Source: a virus (taxonomy: Duplodnaviria; Heunggongvirae; Uroviricota; Caudoviricetes). Taken from it: a stretch of 64,000 nt of DNA. Each line of letters opens with the position of its first letter. Position 1 is the first letter of the stretch. Below, one piece after another: positions 1-8,840 of the stretch. Both the position numbers and the translations under genes were made by a program. The stretch is from positions 53,569 to 117,568 of IMG/VR virus record IMGVR_UViG_3300048925_000677. One strand, written 5' to 3'. The notes beneath the pieces are model-generated. The model had not been told where the DNA came from and did not search any database. It saw only the letters and a list, made by a program, of their open reading frames with translations.

Positions 1-161
1 CCACAGAGAAGGCGGCCCACTTGGCAACCAAGTCACCGGTGTCGAGTTCGACGAACTCGTCGGTTTCCTTCAGGGCCTCGTGTACGGCGAGTTCCTGCCA
101 CGGGTCGAGGAATAGGCCGCAATCCGCGGCGAGGTCAATAGCGTCCTGGCCAGAGGAGGAA
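1..161 (-). CDS. partial ORF running off window start; possible terminase large subunit N-terminus
   Basis: Minus-strand frame open across 1-161 (..GLFLDPWQELAVHEALKETDEFVELDTGDLVAKWAAFSV). LDPWQ-type motif and position downstream of TerS-like/HNH genes. Start codon not resolved. Confidence 0.3.
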
Positions 162-557
162 TTAGCTTCCGGGGCTAGCCAGATCCTTGGTTCCTGAATT
201 CCTCTTAGCGGCAAGTCGTTCGGCGCGCTTAACAGCGAGCTGGTCATGTGAGGACTTCTCTCCGGATGATGCCTCCGGCAATTCGGAAATGCCCATCTTG
301 GCGAGAATTGTCGTGAAGGCGCTTAGTAGTTGGCGGTGCTCGGAGATCAGCGGGTTGGCCGTCTCGGTGCCCTGCCCATTGATGACGGTGAGCCGGGGGT
401 CGAGCTGGAATTCCGCGTCGATCCGGTCCAGCGTGTCCGCCATGCGGGCGACGTTGAGGCACTGAGCCCTATGGATTGCGTCGACTGGGCGCCCCTTGAT
501 GAGGGCCTCGTACACCGCCCGGCCGCGCTCGGCGAGGACGTCGTCGAAGTCCATCAA
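162..557 (-). CDS. putative terminase small subunit (P27-like)
   Basis: 131-aa ORF. Charged helical N-terminus, C-terminal ..AKRNSG.. tail. Lies between an HNH gene and the TerL-like fragment (HNH-TerS-TerL order). Confidence 0.4.
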   Translation of the reverse strand: MMDFDDVLAERGRAVYEALIKGRPVDAIHRAQCLNVARMADTLDRIDAEFQLDPRLTVINGQGTETANPLISEHRQLLSAFTTILAKMGISELPEASSGEKSSHDQLAVKRAERLAAKRNSGTKDLASPGS

Positions 558-907
558 TCCGAGAAGCTTTCCGACCAGGCCACATGGTCGGCGGACACGT
601 GCACGCGCTCGCCACTCCAGCCGTCAAGCCAGTGGTTGCCCTTTCGTCGGGCACACTCGGAAACACGCCCACCGGCCACGGTGATCGTCGCACCGCACGC
701 GGCGCCGGGCTCCTCATTGGGTTCGAGCTGCTCCGGATGGCTGGGTAGTTGTCCTCGCAAGTAGGCCAGCCAGCGCGTGTCATCCTCGGCTCGAATTGCT
801 TCAGCTACATCGAGACTCGTGACATTTCCCTCGCCATACACTGCGATGAGTTCGTCGATGACGCGGCGAACTTGGGCATCACGGTCGGGAATGGTGATGG
901 GGCACAT
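554..907 (-). CDS. hypothetical protein
   Basis: ORF 554..1177 trimmed to internal ATG at 907 (MCPITIPDRD..). The upstream part of the long ORF overlaps gene 1026..1997 and looks non-coding. Confidence 0.45.
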   Translation of the reverse strand: MCPITIPDRDAQVRRVIDELIAVYGEGNVTSLDVAEAIRAEDDTRWLAYLRGQLPSHPEQLEPNEEPGAACGATITVAGGRVSECARRKGNHWLDGWSGERVHVSADHVAWSESFSD

Positions 908-1025
908 TAGTCCTCCTTGGTGATCACCCAGGGTTGCTCGAATGCCACACCGAGTCGCGGCACGATGTAGACCTCGCCGGCTGGGAACGTGTCGAGAAGC
1001 TGGCCAAGGAGGCTGCCTTCGAGAT

Positions 1026-1997
1026 TTAAAGGGCCCACTTGTAATCCCTGTTGAGCTTGTCGATCTTCTGCTGCAACTCCTCCACGGGCGTTGCGTTGAA
1101 GGTTTGGTAGAGGTACGGGTGTTTGGAGGCCGCCAGCATCGGGCGCAGTTCCTCCAGGCGCTCGGGAGTCGCATCAACGCCGTCGAGGACCAGAACGTCA
1201 GCCATCAGGCCGACGCCGGAGTACTTGGAGTTGGCCAGGAACAGGATCTCGCCGCCCGAGCGCAAGAACTTGATGCGCTCATTGCTGTGGGCGGTGAAGA
1301 TGCGAATGTCATCCTCGATCCAGCGCTTCCCGATATCCTTCTGGACGTCAAGGGCTTTCCCGAATCGGCTGGCGATGTATACAACTCGCTTGCCGTCCAT
1401 GGCGTGCGAGATCATCGCCTCGATCAGTCGTTCGGTCTTGTCGAGTCCGGTGACGGTGATCTCTTGAATGCCGTCGGTACCCGAGTCGTTCCACGTGCCG
1501 CTGGCTACTAGCGCCGGGAAGTTGGCGATACCCTCAGGCGCGTTGATGGTGAATTGCTGCGCATCCACCGCGGCGATAGAGCCACCGCCATTGGGCGAGA
1601 TCGTGATGAAAGGCTTCTGCGGCGTGGTGGACAGATGCCAGCCACGCTCCTTGAGGACCGCCAGCAGCTCTTCAGCCGTCGCAGTACGGGCGTCGACGAC
1701 GGGCTCAGGCTCCGGGAGCGGTTCGGCCAGATCCTCGTCGAGGAAAACTGGCTCATGATCCGCGGGCGCCGGCTCGCGGAAGACCTTCACCGAGCGCGCG
1801 AACACCGTCATCGTGACGGTGGCGCACTTACTCTTGCTTCCAACCCCTTGGACGGTGATGTTCGCGTCCTCGGGCAAGAGGACTTCCATGCCGTTGATGC
1901 GAAGGTTCGTCGCCTTAACGGGAACGGCCTCGGCGAAGTCCCGGCGGTGGGTCTCGTAGATCTCGATATCGAGCGGAGTGAATTGGTCAAGCGGCAC
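1026..1997 (-). CDS. hypothetical protein (323 aa), possible RecA-like fold
   Basis: Long ORF with good coding look. C-terminal hydrophobic-stretch-then-D segment (GVGLMADVLVLDG). No confident family. Confidence 0.5.
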   Translation of the reverse strand: MPLDQFTPLDIEIYETHRRDFAEAVPVKATNLRINGMEVLLPEDANITVQGVGSKSKCATVTMTVFARSVKVFREPAPADHEPVFLDEDLAEPLPEPEPVVDARTATAEELLAVLKERGWHLSTTPQKPFITISPNGGGSIAAVDAQQFTINAPEGIANFPALVASGTWNDSGTDGIQEITVTGLDKTERLIEAMISHAMDGKRVVYIASRFGKALDVQKDIGKRWIEDDIRIFTAHSNERIKFLRSGGEILFLANSKYSGVGLMADVLVLDGVDATPERLEELRPMLAASKHPYLYQTFNATPVEELQQKIDKLNRDYKWAL

Positions 1998-2009
1998 TAG
2001 GTGTTCCCC

Positions 2010-2420
2010 CTATTGCTGGTTCACCGCCGCCATGAAGACTGGCCAGGGCATCGCTGGCGTATATGGCGCGTCGGCTTTTGAGGTATCTGTGGGCGCGTAG
2101 GCGCGGTCGTTGAGCCCCTCGCCACGCATGCGGTTGCATTCGGCGTGGAGGAGGCGATCTGGCGGGAGCACGGGCTCACCGCGGCGCAGAGACTCCGCGC
2201 GAGACATCTTGGAGTGATCGCCCTGAAGGACGCCATTGCCCCGCCGGCCGGGGTCGGACTTGTCGTAGTCGTAGTTCAGCGTGGCGTCGAGCCACATGGG
2301 CCGGCCACACCACGGCATCGGGCACGGTGACCCGTCCTTGAAAACGGATCGCAGGTAAGCCACCGCTTGCTGGTGCCGCCAGCCGAGGCCCTTCTCGGTC
2401 GTTGTTTTCTTAGCTGCCAT
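2010..2420 (-). CDS. HNH endonuclease
   Basis: 136 aa; Cys/His spacing CPMPWCGRPMW..GDH..HAECN typical of the HNH motif. Adjacent to the terminase module. Confidence 0.75.
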   Translation of the reverse strand: MAAKKTTTEKGLGWRHQQAVAYLRSVFKDGSPCPMPWCGRPMWLDATLNYDYDKSDPGRRGNGVLQGDHSKMSRAESLRRGEPVLPPDRLLHAECNRMRGEGLNDRAYAPTDTSKADAPYTPAMPWPVFMAAVNQQ

Positions 2421-2848
2421 GGCTAGATGCCCGTCAGTTACGGGCCCCGCACGAGCAGCAGATCCCGCCGATGTGCGTTGTGTACTGGGTGCAATACAGG
2501 CAGAGCTTGAAATCGCGCACGTTGCGTTCCTTATTTTTCGAATATTTGCTGAGGCGCCATCAACGGCGAAAATGTCTCATTATTGAGATAAATCTCTTAC
2601 CCGCGGGACTTGTGCGGTAGAATCCTGCATATGCGCAGGTCAGACGCGACTTTTCTGGGAAAAACCAACGGGGGGAGAAATACCGCTGACGATCTCAGCG
2701 TACGTATGTTCGCTGAACTTTTGACCCACCCCCGGGGGTGCCTGGTGCCCACGCTGGCGCCTGTGTGGGCGTGTGTGCAGCTCCGTTGTGGGTGGTCTGT
2801 TACGTCACGTGACGCTCCACGAGAGCTGTGCGAGGTTCTAGTTAGGTA

Positions 2849-2877
2849 TTGACAACTATCGAGAATGGCTGTAGTGT
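2849..2877 (+). promoter_or_regulatory. SigA-type promoter P1 (TTGACA-17-TAGTGT) with extended -35 GTTGACAACTA
   Basis: ttgaca 2849-2854, 17-nt spacer, tagtgt 2872-2877. Upstream of the plus-strand block that starts at 3034. Confidence 0.55.
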
Positions 2878-3033
2878 AATGAACATGAATAAGAGCACCT
2901 GCAATGCAGAGACATGGGATGGCAATGTGGACGATCCGTCCTATGCATACTGCGACCTGCCTCACGCACACGCTGGTGATCATCACTACGCGCTCTAGCT
3001 CATGAACAAATCACACACAGATGGGAATCACTA

Positions 3034-3270
3034 ATGCTCACACGTATCGCACTGGCATCCATCGCCATGGCGGCCGGCATGTATGGCGCACCTACCGCAT
3101 ATGCACAGCCTGTGCATGACTCTGCAACCGTCACTGTCGATGGTGTCGACTACCCGGTGTGCGCAGAGGAGGATTGCTCCGACCAACCGGGACAGATCGG
3201 TGTGTGGACCAATTCAGAAGGTGATCGGTATCTGTCGCTTGGTGAGTACAGCCTCTACGTCAATCCCTGA
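3034..3270 (+). CDS. small secreted protein
   Basis: 78 aa. N-terminal signal peptide (MLTRIALASIAMAAGMYGAPTAYA|QP), Cys-containing mature part. Confidence 0.5.
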   Translation: MLTRIALASIAMAAGMYGAPTAYAQPVHDSATVTVDGVDYPVCAEEDCSDQPGQIGVWTNSEGDRYLSLGEYSLYVNP

Positions 3271-3305
3271 TACGCGCGATTCTGCGCAGAGATGAGTTAG
3301 TGAGA

Positions 3306-3461
3306 ATGTCCTACTTTGACGATCTGACACCTGGTCAATCCGTCACCTACTGCGAACGGTCGGCCGTATTCGTTGCACACCACTACTCCGGTGATGGGTA
3401 CGTCATCGAATATGCGGACGGCACGCTGGCGACCGTCTACGCGCTGGTGGTGAAGCGATGA
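3306..3461 (+). CDS. hypothetical small protein (51 aa)
   Basis: Hand-translated MSYFDDLTPGQSVTYCERSAVFVAHHYSGDGYVIEYADGTLATVYALVVKR. ATGA overlap with next gene. Below the 60-aa ORF-track cutoff. Confidence 0.35.
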   Translation: MSYFDDLTPGQSVTYCERSAVFVAHHYSGDGYVIEYADGTLATVYALVVKR

Positions 3462-3613
3462 GTGCAGAGCGCGCCCGTAGGGCGGACAAGATCGCCGCGA
3501 AGTTCGAAAAGCAGGGCGATATGAGCAGCGCCGGTTACTGGCGCCAGAAGGCGGAGAACTACCGGAAACTGGTCGTCGCACGTGAGGTTGTCGAGAGCTG
3601 GAGTAACGCATGA
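3458..3613 (+). CDS. hypothetical small protein (51 aa)
   Basis: MSAERARRADKIAAKFEKQGDMSSAGYWRQKAENYRKLVVAREVVESWSNA. ATGA overlaps at both ends. Confidence 0.35.
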   Translation: MSAERARRADKIAAKFEKQGDMSSAGYWRQKAENYRKLVVAREVVESWSNA

Positions 3614-3699
3614 TCCGCGCAATGGTCGCTTCGGTCATCTTCGCCGCGATTATGGCCGAGAGCTTCAATATGGCCGCAACCCTGTTGGTGGCGCGATGA
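3610..3699 (+). CDS. hypothetical small membrane peptide (29 aa)
   Basis: MIRAMVASVIFAAIMAESFNMAATLLVAR. Hydrophobic; ATGA-coupled at both ends. Confidence 0.3.
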   Translation: MIRAMVASVIFAAIMAESFNMAATLLVAR

Positions 3700-3965
3700 A
3701 TGCCCGTCACGCCCTGGCGATGCTCGACGCGAATTGGCTAGACCATCTCGCCGCGATGCCTGCCGAGGAATTGCAGCGGCTACAGCGTGAGCTGCTTTCC
3801 ATGTCGCGACACCCGTCGCTGGCCCTCAACGCTCCAGCTCGGCTCATTGCCGGCGAGCGGATGAAGGACGTCGATGAGGAGATAGCGCGGCGATTCTCGG
3901 CCATCTGGGGACACGCGGACAATGACGCGCTATCCCTCCAGATGTACCGAATTACCCGTTCATAG
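3696..3965 (+). CDS. hypothetical protein
   Basis: ORF 3582..3965 trimmed to ATG 3696 (MNARHALAML..), which is ATGA-coupled to the upstream peptide. Confidence 0.45.
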   Translation: MNARHALAMLDANWLDHLAAMPAEELQRLQRELLSMSRHPSLALNAPARLIAGERMKDVDEEIARRFSAIWGHADNDALSLQMYRITRS

Positions 3966-3968
3966 TTG

Positions 3969-3997
3969 TTGACAACTACCGTCAATCGGGATAGAGT
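3969..3997 (+). promoter_or_regulatory. SigA-type promoter P2 (TTGACA-17-TAGAGT), extended -35 GTTGACAACTAC
   Basis: ttgaca 3969-3974, tagagt 3992-3997; ATG of next gene at 4004. Confidence 0.55.
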
Positions 3998-4003
3998 AAG
4001 AGC

Positions 4004-4504
4004 ATGACGAACACAGAACGCGCAATCGAACTCTCCGGCGCTGATATCGATGCCATTGTGGCCGGTTACCTGGAATGCCAGTTGTGGGCCGGACTGGACT
4101 ATGGACACACGGGTTGTGATGACAATGCGGAATGCAGAAACTCCGCAGACCCGGAACCGCACCCTTACGATGACAACTACTCGGTTGAGAATATCTCCCC
4201 CGAATACGTCGCCAAGGTTCGCGAAGAACTGTCAGACGTTGTCACGGCGCACCCGCTTGCGGTGCGGATGTATCTTGCACACCGTTCTACCAGAGAGCGC
4301 GTAGCGGCCGGTTTCAACAGGGTTGACGCTGTAATCACGTCGGAATACTTCGGCCATGACTTCTATCTGACCCGGGAACATCACGGCGTCGGATTCTGGG
4401 ACCGTGGACTGGGTGAGCTTGGCGAGTATCTGACCAAAATCGCGAAGTCTTACGGTTCCGCCGAAACGCTCTGGGACAACGGGGACGGAGTGCTCAATGC
4501 TTGA
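4004..4504 (+). CDS. hypothetical protein
   Basis: 166-aa ORF immediately downstream of P2. Confidence 0.5.
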   Translation: MTNTERAIELSGADIDAIVAGYLECQLWAGLDYGHTGCDDNAECRNSADPEPHPYDDNYSVENISPEYVAKVREELSDVVTAHPLAVRMYLAHRSTRERVAAGFNRVDAVITSEYFGHDFYLTREHHGVGFWDRGLGELGEYLTKIAKSYGSAETLWDNGDGVLNA

Positions 4505-4724
4505 TGCCGACTCCGACGCTGAGCTTATCCGTCTAGCGCGCAGGCATCCGCGGGATATGGATGTCCGCGCCGAATTGTGGGACCGCGCCGATATGGACGC
4601 TGAATACTGCGGCAGTTCGCAGCTCGCCGCAGATCTGACCCAGATGGGAATCAACCGGCCGACCATTGTTCACGCGTCGACCGAAGCACTCACCGACCGT
4701 TATCGCAAGCGGTACGAGAACTAA
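4497..4724 (+). CDS. hypothetical protein
   Basis: 75-aa ORF overlapping the upstream stop. Confidence 0.45.
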   Translation: MLDADSDAELIRLARRHPRDMDVRAELWDRADMDAEYCGSSQLAADLTQMGINRPTIVHASTEALTDRYRKRYEN

Positions 4725-4735
4725 GGACAGGGACA

Positions 4736-4978
4736 ATGAGCATTCACGGCATCGAAGCGCTACTCGCAGAAGCGGCAACAATAGCGAATGACAATCCCGA
4801 AGATGAGGCACAGGGAGCTTGCCAAGTCGTATTGTCAAATGGCGATTCGATCTCGGGTCGAATTGACAACGTAAGTGACGGGATTGCCGTGTTTGGCGAA
4901 AACGAACACGATGGAAGGCACCCGAGTTTTCCGCTATTCATTCGAGTGAGTCACGTACTCACGTTCCAGTACATCTAA
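4736..4978 (+). CDS. hypothetical protein
   Basis: 80-aa ORF. Confidence 0.45.
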   Translation: MSIHGIEALLAEAATIANDNPEDEAQGACQVVLSNGDSISGRIDNVSDGIAVFGENEHDGRHPSFPLFIRVSHVLTFQYI

Positions 4979-5007
4979 AGCCCCCGCCAGAACAGGGAGA
5001 CAGAGCA

Positions 5008-5124
5008 ATGAGCAAGCAAGCCAATAGCTACCGCAAGGTCTATCCGTCCCGCTGGGATATCCGCGCAGAGATGAACGCGCGGGAAATGTCCCGGGGCGCA
5101 ACCGTGCGGGTGCGTGTTCGATGA
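5008..5124 (+). CDS. hypothetical small protein (38 aa)
   Basis: ATG 5008 preceded by agggaga RBS; ATGA overlap with 5121 gene. Confidence 0.35.
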   Translation: MSKQANSYRKVYPSRWDIRAEMNAREMSRGATVRVRVR

Positions 5125-5312
5125 GCGCCAGTAAAGCGAAACGTGGTCAGAGGTGTGTGGTGTATTTAGGTGACGGATCGACCGTTACCGGCACGCTCAC
5201 CGGATATCGAACCGAGAATGCGGGCAAGTGGAACGTTGCTCGATACAAGCTAATCACGCTAGACGATGGCACCGAATACGCCACCATATTACCCGCTTAC
5301 CAAAGGGTCTGA
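5121..5312 (+). CDS. hypothetical protein
   Basis: 63-aa ORF. Confidence 0.45.
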   Translation: MSASKAKRGQRCVVYLGDGSTVTGTLTGYRTENAGKWNVARYKLITLDDGTEYATILPAYQRV

Positions 5313-5313
5313 A

Positions 5314-5919
5314 ATGAACGCATACCGTACCGAGACAGTCGATACCGTGGCCGGTGAGTACGTGATCGAATTGCACTACGACGAGGACGCAAGCAATCCC
5401 CTCACCGACTGGGACCATCCCGGGATGGCTTTCTGGGTCAACTACGATTCGTCGCGGTTGGTCGAGACGGACACACTGGACGAACCGCTAGACGAGGCGC
5501 CCGCCCGTGTAATGCGCGAATTCGTCCGGCTGGACAGTGACCAGGATGCCGTGATGAACCGGTTCAACAAATGGCGCGCGATCACGGGCAGCCCATGGAT
5601 GCTAGTCGCCGGTGAGGACTTATCGTCGCAGTCCGATTACTACCGGTGGTTCGCCCTAGTCGACACTCGCGAAGACTTCGGGCCAGACGGTCACGAGGCC
5701 GCGGTGCAGCTCACGATGGATGTCTACCGCAGATGGGCCGCTGGCGAGTTCTGCGGGCATGTCGTCACCGGTCCGGATGGTCACGAGGTCGATTCGTGCT
5801 GGGGTATCGACGATGACGACTACGCACTGAGTGAGGCGCGCGCCACCATTGAGGCAGATGTGCCCGAACGTGTCGCAGCGGCAAACCGGGTCGGTAGCGG
5901 CTTTGTGGGTGTGCTGTGA
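5314..5919 (+). CDS. hypothetical protein
   Basis: ORF 5266..5919 trimmed to ATG 5314 (MNAYRTETVD..), 2 nt after the upstream stop. Confidence 0.5.
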   Translation: MNAYRTETVDTVAGEYVIELHYDEDASNPLTDWDHPGMAFWVNYDSSRLVETDTLDEPLDEAPARVMREFVRLDSDQDAVMNRFNKWRAITGSPWMLVAGEDLSSQSDYYRWFALVDTREDFGPDGHEAAVQLTMDVYRRWAAGEFCGHVVTGPDGHEVDSCWGIDDDDYALSEARATIEADVPERVAAANRVGSGFVGVL

Positions 5920-6005
5920 GCCTCATTCGCAGATGGATAGCGGCCTACCGGCGCGCGTTCCCGCCCATTGACAACTCTGACGACCGATTCAACTGGTAGG
6001 GACCA

Positions 6006-6464
6006 ATGAACGATCAAACGCTAGTCGCTGATCTGGTAGACCGTGGCGAACCGCTGGCAGAGTCGCCGGTCGACTGCTACCTAGAGGTGGACCGCGACGA
6101 CCACAAGGCGATCATTGTGTGGCGCGAACCGCTGGCATTCCATATCGAGTGGAACGGCGCCCGGTGGTCGGAACATGCCGACAGTGACGGGTGGCTGGCC
6201 AGCAGCGCTGAACTTCAGTTCGCGAACCGTCTGACCGACTACCTACGTCGTGCGGGTGTCGATGATGCCGACGTCTACACAGAGGGATACAACGGTGAGG
6301 ACGAACCGACACTCACGTTCGAAGTGGTCACGCCGTACCGTGCCGGCGAAACCTTCAAGTCTTGGTTTGACCGTATCGGCTGGCCTGTCGTCGCGACACT
6401 GACCAACGTCACGGACCCGGGCACGTTCATGAGTCCGTACCTGTTCGACATGACATCGCTGTGA
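6006..6464 (+). CDS. hypothetical protein
   Basis: 152-aa ORF. A degenerate copy of the TTGACAACT motif lies at 5968-5976 upstream. Confidence 0.5.
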   Translation: MNDQTLVADLVDRGEPLAESPVDCYLEVDRDDHKAIIVWREPLAFHIEWNGARWSEHADSDGWLASSAELQFANRLTDYLRRAGVDDADVYTEGYNGEDEPTLTFEVVTPYRAGETFKSWFDRIGWPVVATLTNVTDPGTFMSPYLFDMTSL

Positions 6465-6895
6465 CGTGCACCGCTTACGCTAGTCCCATGACAGATACGC
6501 AAACATGCCGGTTGCCAGGGTGCGACAACCCTGTTGACGTCCAGTCCGAGCAGCTCTGTATGGGTCACTATCGACGTATGCGTCGGGCCGACCGCGCCGG
6601 CCTGCCCGACTGGGACAAGACTCCGATTAAGCCACGGGCGGCGAGTGTCGCAACACGTGCCGACGCGCCCATAGACCTGGCAGAGATTCGCGAACTGTCC
6701 GGCGTTACGCCGTATGACATCGCGCGCGCCATGGGGTACTCAGGCGGCCGTGAGATGGCATCCAACGTGCGGCAGATGGAAGCGCGCAAAGACTGGCTAC
6801 TGTCCCGATTGGCGGGGTACCTGGCCGCGGTAGGTGCGACGGCCGACCTGGTGGTTAACGTCGGCGGACAAGAGCTTGTGTACGAGATTGTTTAG
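6461..6895 (+). CDS. putative DNA-binding protein with N-terminal zinc ribbon
   Basis: 144 aa. CRLPGC..CMGHYRR Cys/His cluster followed by a helical region; ATGA overlap. Confidence 0.4.
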   Translation: MTCTAYASPMTDTQTCRLPGCDNPVDVQSEQLCMGHYRRMRRADRAGLPDWDKTPIKPRAASVATRADAPIDLAEIRELSGVTPYDIARAMGYSGGREMASNVRQMEARKDWLLSRLAGYLAAVGATADLVVNVGGQELVYEIV

Positions 6896-6898
6896 GTG

Positions 6899-6927
6899 TT
6901 GACAACTACGGTCATGCCCGCTAGACT
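6899..6927 (+). promoter_or_regulatory. SigA-type promoter P3 (TTGACA-17-TAGACT), extended -35 GTTGACAACTAC
   Basis: ttgaca 6899-6904, tagact 6922-6927; gene start 6961. Confidence 0.55.
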
Positions 6928-6960
6928 AGACGTATAAGCAATCAACCGGAAGGCAAGAAA

Positions 6961-7476
6961 ATGAGCGAATCAACCGCCGAAATGCTGGCAAAGCAGGTCG
7001 ACTACGCCGCCGAGAGGATCGCCGAGTACGCGCGACAGATCGAATCGGGCGACTACGGCAACCGGTGGACCGTCACTGATTCGGAAACTGACGAAGAACA
7101 CGTCATCATTGCGCAGGATGAGGATAGCGCCATTGACGCTGTGCGTGACCTCATCCCCGGGGTGGTCAAGGATCACGAACTGCTAGCCGAGCGCGACGAA
7201 TTCGAAGTGCCGACCATCTGCGATGAGGATGGCAACGAAGAATCAATCGAGGATTGGCCCCTGGCCGTCGTCGTCAAGATCGGTCAGCCGCTCGCAGTTC
7301 AGATCGCGGTGGGCGGACCGCACATTGAGATTGTGCAGGACTTGAGCGAAGGCAGCGCCAAGCTCGCTGGCTACTGGGGTGGTGAGCGCGTTTACCGCTA
7401 TGGCGACAAGTTCCAGACCGTACTGGACTACTTCACCGACCTGCTGTGGGACGAAGCTCCGGAGGAATACAAGTGA
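6961..7476 (+). CDS. hypothetical acidic protein
   Basis: 171-aa ORF. Confidence 0.5.
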   Translation: MSESTAEMLAKQVDYAAERIAEYARQIESGDYGNRWTVTDSETDEEHVIIAQDEDSAIDAVRDLIPGVVKDHELLAERDEFEVPTICDEDGNEESIEDWPLAVVVKIGQPLAVQIAVGGPHIEIVQDLSEGSAKLAGYWGGERVYRYGDKFQTVLDYFTDLLWDEAPEEYK

Positions 7477-7634
7477 TATACGCCGAAGGCAAGATCGTGC
7501 TAGACGATGGCGAGACCATCGAGTTCTACATCGACGTCGATGGGAACATATCCCGTTGGGGCAATACGAACCGCATCCTTGGGTTATCGGTGGACGCAAC
7601 AGAGGCATTCCGCGACGCATTACTGGAGGTGTGA
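7473..7634 (+). CDS. hypothetical small protein
   Basis: GTG 7473 in GTGA overlap with upstream stop; (V)IYAEGKIVLDDGETIEFYIDVDG... Confidence 0.4.
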   Translation: MIYAEGKIVLDDGETIEFYIDVDGNISRWGNTNRILGLSVDATEAFRDALLEV

Positions 7635-7635
7635 C

Positions 7636-7881
7636 ATGGGCGTGATGAAAGAACTTGCGACCGAACTGGAATTGCATTGGCAGACGTTCCCGATTGGCGG
7701 GTACCGGCGCCAGATGCCCAACGGTGACATGGCCATGATCAAACCGGCCGGTGATCGGTGGCGACTCACCGCCGGCGAATGGCAGCTATCGGCCGACACC
7801 CTGCCCGAAGCGGTGGCGGTGGCGGGCCGGCTGGCGCGTGAGCAGCTCACGGAGATTGCAGAGACATGGGCCGCAGCATGA
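7636..7881 (+). CDS. hypothetical protein
   Basis: ORF 7507..7881 trimmed to ATG 7636 (MGVMKELATE..). Confidence 0.45.
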   Translation: MGVMKELATELELHWQTFPIGGYRRQMPNGDMAMIKPAGDRWRLTAGEWQLSADTLPEAVAVAGRLAREQLTEIAETWAAA

Positions 7882-8150
7882 TCCCCGCCGAGGACCTAGC
7901 CGAGGATGACTTGATCGACCTGGTACCCATCTTGGATGACGCGCAAGCGCACCCGTGGATCTGGCAGCCATTCGGCGAGGACGACAACGAGCGCCGCAAT
8001 GCCGTCCAAGGCGCGCGCATGATTGCCGAATGTGAATATGCGGCAGTCGAGTCGGTGGAGGTGGGCGCCGAGGCGACGGTGATCTATACCGACCAGATGA
8101 ACGTAACGGTGCCTCGCGGGTACCTGGTGAAACGGAGCGTGGACGCATGA
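7866..8150 (+). CDS. hypothetical protein
   Basis: 94-aa ORF. Confidence 0.45.
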   Translation: MGRSMIPAEDLAEDDLIDLVPILDDAQAHPWIWQPFGEDDNERRNAVQGARMIAECEYAAVESVEVGAEATVIYTDQMNVTVPRGYLVKRSVDA

Positions 8151-8350
8151 CCGAGACTTTCGGCGACACGGCGTTAGCGCCAGCGCCCAGCGATAGCGGT
8201 CGCGACAACCTCACGGATGTTGTGGACGTCTACGCACACCACAGCGACACGCATGACGGCATCAACGTCGAGATCGACGCGCCGGCCGGTGTTCGCATCA
8301 CGGTCCACGTCAACGATGGCCGCGTGGTCGATCTGGTGGTGCCGGAATGA
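8147..8350 (+). CDS. hypothetical protein
   Basis: 67-aa ORF, ATGA-coupled. Confidence 0.45.
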   Translation: MTETFGDTALAPAPSDSGRDNLTDVVDVYAHHSDTHDGINVEIDAPAGVRITVHVNDGRVVDLVVPE

Positions 8351-8586
8351 GCGAATACGGACGCGGTCGGGAATTGGGATTGGTCGACGGCTGGAATGAC
8401 GCGCTAGACGCGATGATTGACCGTCTGGGTAGCGCGGCCGAATCGCTGGACGAAATGTCGAATGCCAAATGCTCTCAGCCGGGTAAACCGCTCCCTGGCA
8501 TGACCGGAGATTATGACCGGTTGCGCGGCAAGCGCTCTGGCGTATTGCTGGCCTTGGACTACGCGCGAGGCATGAAGCACCAATAA
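8347..8586 (+). CDS. hypothetical protein
   Basis: 79-aa ORF, ATGA-coupled. Confidence 0.45.
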   Translation: MSEYGRGRELGLVDGWNDALDAMIDRLGSAAESLDEMSNAKCSQPGKPLPGMTGDYDRLRGKRSGVLLALDYARGMKHQ

Positions 8587-8614
8587 GCGTTTAGCTATTG
8601 GTATGAATTAAGCA

Positions 8615-8643
8615 TTGACAACTACGGAGAATTGACATAGAGT
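8615..8643 (+). promoter_or_regulatory. SigA-type promoter P4 (TTGACA-17-TAGAGT), extended -35 TTGACAACTAC
   Basis: ttgaca 8615-8620, tagagt 8638-8643. A second ttgaca sits inside the spacer (8632-8637). Confidence 0.5.
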
Positions 8644-8686
8644 AGTAACTGTTCGGGAAGTTCCCGAACAGGGAGGAGCAAGGGAA

Positions 8687-8776
8687 ATGATGTACCAGAT
8701 CATGGCCCTTATCCTCACCCTTCCGGGCGCGGTGGCGTCGATCCTCGTGATCGTCGACCACTTCCGCAAGAAGTAG
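8687..8776 (+). CDS. small membrane peptide (29 aa)
   Basis: gggaggag RBS at 8671-8678, then ATG 8687; MMYQIMALILTLPGAVASILVIVDHFRKK. Confidence 0.35.
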   Translation: MMYQIMALILTLPGAVASILVIVDHFRKK

Positions 8777-8840
8777 TGAGGAGCCTGTCCAGCGCTACGG
8801 CGCTGGGCAGGCGCTCCGCCCACCATTGTAGGGGGTAACC

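Noticed and set aside
554-1177. Full-length 207-aa version of this ORF (also the long forms of 49449..50663, 14967..15488, 24700..25911, 42162..43070)
   Set aside because: The N-terminal extensions overlap the upstream gene and are Arg/Pro/Ser-rich junk. Internal starts immediately after the upstream stop (often in ATGA/GTGA overlaps) are far more plausible.
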